Assembly: GCA_045656225.1 (NCBI GenBank)
Contig: JAZOQU010000019.1
Coordinates: 13,320 to 77,319 of the forward strand
Direction of reading: 5' to 3'
Length of the DNA: 64,000 bases
From: Kiritimatiellia bacterium
GTDB taxonomy: Bacteria; Verrucomicrobiota; Kiritimatiellia; RFP12; UBA1067
Shown piece by piece: positions 57,457 through 64,000 of this stretch (position 1 is the stretch's first letter; the number at the start of each line of letters is the position of its first letter). The position numbers and the translations under genes are program-made. Below the pieces are notes generated by a model, which was not told where the DNA came from, did not search any database, and saw nothing but the letters and a program-made list of their open reading frames with translations.

Positions 57457-58344
57457 TTATTTCCCGGCGGAGAGATCAACAGCCTCAAGATAATCAAGAC
57501 GCATTTCCTGGGCGCGGTTTGTCGTCACCGTATCCGCGCCACGGCGGAACGCTACAACTGCAGAGCCGAGATCGTCAATCGTCCATACGTGAAACTCGAA
57601 TCCGGCGCCCTTGACCTTATCGATAAACTCCTTCGTTATGATGTCGCGTTTGAAGTTGATGTCGACGCCGTCGGCACCCGTATCCTTAAGAACCTTAATA
57701 ACCTCTTCGGGCGTTATCGGACGCCATTTACCGTTAGCGATGACATTCCCGTTTTTATCAATCGGCGGAACCTTTGAACTTACGAGCCAGTAAACCTTAT
57801 ATTCCGGCATGGCCTCCTTGACGGCCTTGCACGACTCCATGTTGAATGAAATGAAAAGCGTATTCTCCGGCGTAGCTTTTTTCTGGGCGGCGAATACCTT
57901 TTTGACATAAGGAACAATTTCAGGCCCGGTCTTTATTTCGACGTAGATTTTGCGACCGTCGCGGGCAAGATCCAAAACCTCCTCCAAAAGAGCGGGCCGC
58001 GTACCGGCGAACGTGGAACCCTTCCACTTTCCCCAGTTTCCGACATCGAGACGGGAAACCTCGTCCCACGTCACATCACAGCAACGGTTGGTGTTCGCCC
58101 CGCCCGTAGTACGCTTTAAATCCCTGTCATGAAACGTGAAGACCCTTCCATCTTTGGAAAGATAGATGTCGCATTCAAATCCAAAACCTCTCTCCACGGC
58201 CGTCTTGAACGCTGGGAGCGTATTCTCGGGCGCATCGATCGATTCGCCGCGATGCGCGATAAGCGTCGTGTAATCGGGGATGTTAGCCGCGAATACGGCG
58301 GTTGCGGCGGCGATAGCGCACATCATAACGGAACTTTTTTTCAT
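57457..58344 (-). CDS. Glycerophosphodiester phosphodiesterase
   Basis: IAHRG..APENT, FECDI, FHD, VEIK, HVWTID and TTN. Confidence 0.92.
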   Translation of the reverse strand: MKKSSVMMCAIAAATAVFAANIPDYTTLIAHRGESIDAPENTLPAFKTAVERGFGFECDIYLSKDGRVFTFHDRDLKRTTGGANTNRCCDVTWDEVSRLDVGNWGKWKGSTFAGTRPALLEEVLDLARDGRKIYVEIKTGPEIVPYVKKVFAAQKKATPENTLFISFNMESCKAVKEAMPEYKVYWLVSSKVPPIDKNGNVIANGKWRPITPEEVIKVLKDTGADGVDINFKRDIITKEFIDKVKGAGFEFHVWTIDDLGSAVVAFRRGADTVTTNRAQEMRLDYLEAVDLSAGK

Positions 58345-58391
58345 AGCATAAAACTCCTTTTTAGGGTTGATAGACTTAAACTCGGTAAAAA

Positions 58392-59201
58392 TTATTTCTT
58401 TGCCGCGAAATCGGGGAGATCGTCAAAACCGACAATCGCCATACCCTCTTCGCTCGCGGCTTTCAAAATCGCCTCGAGCCATTCGGTTTTCATGCCGATG
58501 CCGCTGGGCTTTTTCGAAATATCGTGTGAATAAAGGACCATCGTCTCGTTGTTGGCGGCCGCTCTGCGGATTCCTTTGACAAGATCGTCGATGTCGGTGT
58601 TGTAATAAGTACCGATACCGACACCGCGCATAAGATGATTGGTGGCGACGGCTGCATCGCTCATATACATCATATCGAGCTTTTCGAACGGCACAAGCCC
58701 GTCGCGCTTAAGCCCCTTCGGATCATGAGGCCGCGCCTTGGGCAACCCGCCGCGCAAACGCTTAATGCCGCGGAAGACGAGCTGCGCGTCTATTTCCGGG
58801 GTGCTCGCGTTGTTGGGAAAAGCCAAAGCTTTAGGAACGATACCGACCGACGCGTAGGCTTTCATCTGAGGGGCGACCTCATCGTTCCAGAAAGCCTCGA
58901 ATCCGTTCTTTTTGACGTAATCGGTCGCCTTGCGGTGATGAACGGTGTGAGGCCCCACCGTATGCCCTGCGTCATGAAGCTTCTTCATGCATTTCAACGC
59001 GCCCGCGCTCAAAGCGCTGTGAGGAAAGAAACTCGCCTTGGCGTTGTATTTCTCAAAAATCGGCATCGCCGCCACCCAGCCGTTCCAGTGGCAGTCGTCG
59101 AACGTCAAACAAAGCCTGCCGCGTTTCAAGGATGCGTCAGCAAACGCAATAACAGAAACAAAACAAACAAAAACCGCAAGTAGCGTTTTTCTCATTACCA
59201 T
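58392..59201 (-). CDS. Secreted polysaccharide deacetylase (NodB-like)
   Basis: LTFDD, GHTVGPHTVHH, AFP and LYSH. Confidence 0.82.
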   Translation of the reverse strand: MVMRKTLLAVFVCFVSVIAFADASLKRGRLCLTFDDCHWNGWVAAMPIFEKYNAKASFFPHSALSAGALKCMKKLHDAGHTVGPHTVHHRKATDYVKKNGFEAFWNDEVAPQMKAYASVGIVPKALAFPNNASTPEIDAQLVFRGIKRLRGGLPKARPHDPKGLKRDGLVPFEKLDMMYMSDAAVATNHLMRGVGIGTYYNTDIDDLVKGIRRAAANNETMVLYSHDISKKPSGIGMKTEWLEAILKAASEEGMAIVGFDDLPDFAAKK

Positions 59202-59207
59202 CTCCTT

Positions 59208-60290
59208 TTAAATTTCAACTTTAAGAGCGCTTTCGATCGATTTATCCATATCGAAATATTTATAGGCTCCGAGCCGCCCGCCGAGAACAAGATTCGGAAT
59301 CTTTTCGGCTTCAGCCTTATAAGCGTCGAGAAGTTCGCGGGATTGAGCCGTGTCTATCGGATAATAAGGCTCATCGCCCAACTTCCATTCGTCCGAGTAT
59401 TCGCGCATTATAACAGTTTTAGGCTTAGCCATTATATCCTTCAGTTCAGGATGATAATGCTTGAACTCGTGAATTCTCGTATACGGAACTTCGGCCTCGG
59501 TATAATTCACAACGCTCGTACCCTGATAATCCGCGATGTCGAGCTTCTCGGTTTCGAACCTAAGCGTACGCCAGGGAAGAACGCCGAGCCTGTAATCGAG
59601 AAGCGCGTCGACAGGACCGGAATAATACAAAGGAACTCTTGGCAAGTCGTCAGCGTCCACCTTAAAGGCCCCGTTTTCAAGTCTTACGCCGGCATCGCAT
59701 CGAACCGTAATATTAGAATGATCAAGAAGTTTCTCAAAAATGGAATTGTAACCGTCCAAAGGAATGCCCTGGCAGTAATCATTGAAATAATTGACGTCGT
59801 ACGTCGATCTGACCGGGACGCGTTTAATAATCGACGGATCAACTTCCTCCGGCGCCCTGCCCCACTGCTTGGACGTATAGCCTCTGAAAAACGCGTCGAA
59901 TATGGCTGAGGAATGAGCCTCGTCAGCCATGAATTGAGGCAACTCTCCGGGCGTAAGCTCGACACCGAAAAACGCATTGACGAGGGTCAATCCCAAAGGA
60001 AGAAAATAGGTTTTCCCCTTATAACGGGCGAGAACTTTATGCTGATAGCCGTTAAAGGTCGTAAATCTGTTTATGAACTTCCAGACCTCGGGGATGGACG
60101 TATGGAAAATGTGCGAACCGTAAGAATGGATTTCAATACCCGTTTCGACATCTATCTCGCAGCGGACATTGCCACCGACTTGACGACGTTTTTCCAGGAC
60201 AAGAACCTTACGCCCCGCTTCCGCAAAACGACGAGCGAGAGTCGACCCCCAGATGCCCGCTCCCGCTATGATTACATCAACATTCGTCAT
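59208..60290 (-). CDS. glf: UDP-galactopyranose mutase
   Basis: GAGIWG, YGSHIFHT, YTSKQWG, TRIHEFKHYHP, EPYYP and GGRLGAYKYFDMD. Confidence 0.95.
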   Translation of the reverse strand: MTNVDVIIAGAGIWGSTLARRFAEAGRKVLVLEKRRQVGGNVRCEIDVETGIEIHSYGSHIFHTSIPEVWKFINRFTTFNGYQHKVLARYKGKTYFLPLGLTLVNAFFGVELTPGELPQFMADEAHSSAIFDAFFRGYTSKQWGRAPEEVDPSIIKRVPVRSTYDVNYFNDYCQGIPLDGYNSIFEKLLDHSNITVRCDAGVRLENGAFKVDADDLPRVPLYYSGPVDALLDYRLGVLPWRTLRFETEKLDIADYQGTSVVNYTEAEVPYTRIHEFKHYHPELKDIMAKPKTVIMREYSDEWKLGDEPYYPIDTAQSRELLDAYKAEAEKIPNLVLGGRLGAYKYFDMDKSIESALKVEI

Positions 60291-60302
60291 AATCTCGAAA
60301 AA

Positions 60303-63008
60303 TTACTTGGCCTGAACCGCCGGTGCGAGCGGATAACGCCCGAATCGCGCACCGTAAACGCCGAGACCTGCGTCAGATTCAAGACGGATCTTGACCTTGC
60401 CGTTCTTGACCTGATCCGCCGTAACCGGAACCTCGACCAGATAGCCGTAGCTACCCGCTTCGCGCATCCTGCGGTCACGCAACTGCGAGAACCACGAAAG
60501 AATGCCGCGGTGATCGGCGGGGTCGTCGGGAAGAACCTGCTCAGAGACCACCTTACCGTCAATGACAACCTTGAGATTGGCGGGGAACTTGACATCGCAG
60601 GTCTGAGGATAGCTGTTGGGATTTTTGGAGCGGTCAGACGCGCCGCCGCCAAGCATATAGTCAAGCGTCGAGGTTTTAAGATCGTCCTTGAAATCCTTGG
60701 CGTTCTTGCGTTTGGCGGAAAGCTCAATTCTGAACACGCCGCCCTCCTTGGGAGCATCTAACTCATATTCAAAATACCCCTTGCCGAAGCCATTGATCTT
60801 AAGCCCGTCGAGAACTTCGGCTGTACCCAAGGACCAATTGGATTCAACAGGTTTAACCATCATAGCCTTGGTATCAACAGTCGAGAACGACCAGAAGTTG
60901 CGGGCGATTTCCTTGCCGTCGGCGAGAAGTCTGAAGATGACGCATCCGCATGAAGGCGTCTTGGGGGCATCGAATACAGCGTCCCAAAGTTTCTCGGACT
61001 TCCAGCCTGCGGCGACAACCTCGCGCTTAAGCGTTGTCTCAGGAAGAGTCACCTTCGAGCCCTTTTCATCGTACCACCAGGCGCTCATGGCGAGTTTAAG
61101 CTTTTTACCGTTAAACTTGTCGGTTATGAGCGAGGGACCTACAGGAATAGTATACTTAGCGCCGGGAGCGATGAACTCGCCGATTTCGCTGCCTCGCTTG
61201 CCGAAGAAGACAATACCGGCTTCGCCGTGGAAGTCCTTCAACGTCATTCCCGCGAGTTCGTCCATGCCATCGTATTTGGGCGAACGGTCGAAACGGACAT
61301 AACCGTTCCACTCGTTGATCACGTCGTGATGCTCAGTGTAGAGCCAGCCCGCGCATTTTAGACGACGGCGGAACGCGTTCATCATCATGTGATAATCCCA
61401 CGAGAAATCGCAATCGCCGGTAGAACCGATATACCCCCAGACATTACCGCACTCGGAGTTCATCATCGGAACACCCGTTTGGACAAAGCCGCCAATGTAG
61501 TTAAACTTGGAACCGACCTGAGTATTCCTGCAGATATCATCAACCCGCTGATCCCAACCGTAACCGGCAACGTATGAGTGCCAGGTATTGACATCAGTAA
61601 CAATATGATCACGGTTGCAAGGCGAGTTATCTTCAATAATGCGCGTTGAGTCGAGCTTCTTAGCCTTAAAGTAGGCGTCAGCTACACGGCGCTGAGTCCA
61701 CGGGCGGAACATGGGACGGCCGCTCTTATCGCCCGAGGCCAACCCCATCGCGAGCGAACGGTTCGATTTAAGACCCCAAGTCTCATTGAAGAGAGTCCAC
61801 TGATAAATCGAGGGGTGGTTATAGTCACGCTTAACCATATCCTCAAAGCACTTCCAATGCTCCTCGAACATCTGCTCGCTCGGATCGCCCCACGCGTTGG
61901 GAACATCGGCCTGAATAAGAAGACCAAGCTTGTCAGCCCAGTAAAGTTTACGGGGAATTTCAACCTTGATATGAATACGGTTGCCGGAAAGAGCGAGTTT
62001 CTTGGAAATGAGAAGATCGTTCTTCATGAATTCATCGGTCGGGAAAGTGTACCAACCATCCTGATGATAGCTCTGGTCGAGACAGAGCTGAAGATAAATC
62101 GGCTTACCGTTGAGCGTTACATAATTGTCACCCGCCGAATTCAGGCCCGTACCGATTTCTCTGAAACCGAAGTAGGTCTTGATCTTATCGGCTTTCCAGG
62201 CCTGTGAAACGGGCGAAAGAGTGATCGAGACATCATAAAGGTTAGGATTGTCCAAATCCCAAAGTTTAGGATTCTCTATCTTGATTTCAACACTCTTTTC
62301 CATTTCTCCCGGATTAAACGTGACATTCGTAGTCTTGCCGTCAAGACCGATCTTCGCCACGAGTTTTGACATCGCGGGCGCTCCAAGGCGCAGATCTGCC
62401 GTCACGCTTGAATTCTTTATGCTCGGCGTAAAGCGGGTATGATCGATGTAATTCATACCTCTTGCCTCAAGATAAACGGTCTGCCAAATGCCGCGCGCGT
62501 TGCCGTAACCCTGTTTACCGTAGAGATAGTGACCTTCACGGGCTTCATGATCATTAGGGTCCCAAACCTTAAACTCGACATTCTGAGGCTCGCCCCAGCG
62601 GATGAAGTCGGTAATCTCGTATTCAAACGGAGTATAGCCGCCGATATGCTTTCCGAGCGGTGTTCCGTCAATAAAAAACTCCGTATCGTGATCGGCGGCG
62701 CCGACGACCACGAAAACGCGCTTACCCTTCCATGCTGCAGGAACAGTGATAGACCTCTTATAATAACCAGTATCCTTACCCTTCTCCATCTTAACGCCAG
62801 AAAGCTTAGACCCCCAGCCGAAAGGCACGGTAATCTTTTGGTTATAAGAATTCGTTTCGAATCCAAAATCCCATTGACCATTTAAATTAACCCACTCAGA
62901 GCGTTCCCAATCAGGACGCGGATGCTCAGGAAGCGGAATTGTCTGGGCGAATACAGTCGCCGTAACGGAAAGGCTGAATAATGCCGTCACCATTTTTTTT
63001 GGAATCAT
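60303..63008 (-). CDS. Secreted glycoside hydrolase family 2
   Basis: PLPEHPRPD...NLNGQWDF, GIWQTVYLE, FGFREI, NHPSIYQWTLFNE and NSECG. Confidence 0.9.
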   Translation of the reverse strand: MIPKKMVTALFSLSVTATVFAQTIPLPEHPRPDWERSEWVNLNGQWDFGFETNSYNQKITVPFGWGSKLSGVKMEKGKDTGYYKRSITVPAAWKGKRVFVVVGAADHDTEFFIDGTPLGKHIGGYTPFEYEITDFIRWGEPQNVEFKVWDPNDHEAREGHYLYGKQGYGNARGIWQTVYLEARGMNYIDHTRFTPSIKNSSVTADLRLGAPAMSKLVAKIGLDGKTTNVTFNPGEMEKSVEIKIENPKLWDLDNPNLYDVSITLSPVSQAWKADKIKTYFGFREIGTGLNSAGDNYVTLNGKPIYLQLCLDQSYHQDGWYTFPTDEFMKNDLLISKKLALSGNRIHIKVEIPRKLYWADKLGLLIQADVPNAWGDPSEQMFEEHWKCFEDMVKRDYNHPSIYQWTLFNETWGLKSNRSLAMGLASGDKSGRPMFRPWTQRRVADAYFKAKKLDSTRIIEDNSPCNRDHIVTDVNTWHSYVAGYGWDQRVDDICRNTQVGSKFNYIGGFVQTGVPMMNSECGNVWGYIGSTGDCDFSWDYHMMMNAFRRRLKCAGWLYTEHHDVINEWNGYVRFDRSPKYDGMDELAGMTLKDFHGEAGIVFFGKRGSEIGEFIAPGAKYTIPVGPSLITDKFNGKKLKLAMSAWWYDEKGSKVTLPETTLKREVVAAGWKSEKLWDAVFDAPKTPSCGCVIFRLLADGKEIARNFWSFSTVDTKAMMVKPVESNWSLGTAEVLDGLKINGFGKGYFEYELDAPKEGGVFRIELSAKRKNAKDFKDDLKTSTLDYMLGGGASDRSKNPNSYPQTCDVKFPANLKVVIDGKVVSEQVLPDDPADHRGILSWFSQLRDRRMREAGSYGYLVEVPVTADQVKNGKVKIRLESDAGLGVYGARFGRYPLAPAVQAK

Positions 63009-63040
63009 AACTACCCCTTTGTGTTTTTGAAATTCGATTG

Positions 63041-64000
63041 CTATTTTACCATTTTATTTTTAAGCCATAACGAACGGCGGCGCTGAATTTCAAACGAAAC
63101 GTTAGTCCAACGCGGGAGTGCGGTCTCAGCAAGACGAAGTACAGTCGCATCATCCATATCGCCTTTAACCTCTTCACCTAACTTATCAAGTTCAGCGACG
63201 AGGGTCTTAACTTCGCTCTCGTAAAACTCGACTTCGCAGAACTCTGGATCCTTAGTCCACTCGATTATACCGTTCTTAGCGCCATGACAAATCTTCTCAG
63301 ACTTATATTCGGCGAACGCCTTGCATACGAGCGGCTTTAAGATTTTAGCGCGCTGAGACTTAGTCAAATCAAATTCAAGCTCACCCCAAGTCGAGCGACC
63401 GTGAATCGATTCCGTACCGTTCCAACACTGATTGCCAGCACGATTCCAATACATATTCTCAAAATCCCAAATAGAACCGTCATTAGGAATGCGCTCAGCC
63501 CAATTATCCCACGAAAGGAAGAAATAAAAAGCGATTGAGCCATCGCGATATTCGCAGTCAATCTTATATTTAGTAGTATCATTGCGAGCATTGAGGAATC
63601 GATACCCGAACGTCGAGAACATCGTATTGAATACCGTCATCTTCTTGGCAAGAGGATTCATCATCATGCAAATATAAGGCTCATTCTCGCCAGGAGCGAT
63701 ATACGCTTCGAACGATCCGCCTCCGACTAAGCCGAGACCGACATCACGCGCTTTAGGATCATCACTTACCACAAGGAAGTGAAGTCCGCGCTCATCGGCA
63801 ACGACTTTCATCTTAGCGTCTGGTATAACTTCCTTGGTCGAGCCGACTTTGCCGCGGTCGCCCGAAGTAACGTCGGTCGTTAAAAACTCCATACTCCCGC
63901 CATAACGACGGTCATAAACTGTCATGGGAGCATCGAACTTCTCAATATCGTTAATTCCCGTAATAGTTTTATCAGAGAATTTAACTTCATAACGCTTTTT
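63041..64000 (-). CDS. Hypothetical protein, partial (runs off the window edge)
   Basis: Frame is open from 64000 to the stop at 63041; possibly a sugar-binding-like C-terminal domain. Confidence 0.6.
   Translation of the reverse strand, partial: KKRYEVKFSDKTITGINDIEKFDAPMTVYDRRYGGSMEFLTTDVTSGDRGKVGSTKEVIPDAKMKVVADERGLHFLVVSDDPKARDVGLGLVGGGSFEAYIAPGENEPYICMMMNPLAKKMTVFNTMFSTFGYRFLNARNDTTKYKIDCEYRDGSIAFYFFLSWDNWAERIPNDGSIWDFENMYWNRAGNQCWNGTESIHGRSTWGELEFDLTKSQRAKILKPLVCKAFAEYKSEKICHGAKNGIIEWTKDPEFCEVEFYESEVKTLVAELDKLGEEVKGDMDDATVLRLAETALPRWTNVSFEIQRRRSLWLKNKMVK

Overview
The window is mostly minus-strand. The gene order and style suggest a PVC-superphylum anaerobe, probably Kiritimatiellae/Lentisphaerae-like; this is an inference. 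(1) About 1.2-30.3 kb is a Wzx/Wzy surface-polysaccharide operon with GT2/GT4 genes, 2x LicD plus TagD, a pyruvyltransferase plus FrhB-like Fe-S protein, an acetyltransferase, a methyltransferase, wzy and wzx. A ~9.3 kb defence island interrupts it: TM-KAP NTPase, RT-nitrilase, a frameshifted Sir2 and HerA. One GT2 carries a ~250-aa in-frame foreign domain whose 3' end has an antisense promoter-sRNA-terminator unit. (2) About 30.4-46.5 kb is a stacked, mosaic 5' region of that operon. Five copies of a promoter plus short leader ORF plus ops-like motif each precede different cargo: type II Thoeris, AbiEii-type TA, P63C, DUF3990/DUF3791 and an HD phosphohydrolase. The region also holds two degenerate wzx 5' fragments, a NusG/UpxY-type antiterminator, a RAYT transposase with REP/REPIN-like palindromes, and short-period micro-repeats that bracket cargo genes and also sit in-frame inside a GT4 gene. 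(3) About 46.6-64 kb is GC-richer housekeeping backbone: nifJ, rplY-rpsF-ssb-rpsR-rplI, hrpB, GDPD, glf and a GH2. The best candidate for an undescribed system is the repeated promoter/leader/ops-cargo-wzx' module array with its micro-repeat-bounded cassettes. All family calls come from motif recognition by eye; no database search was run.
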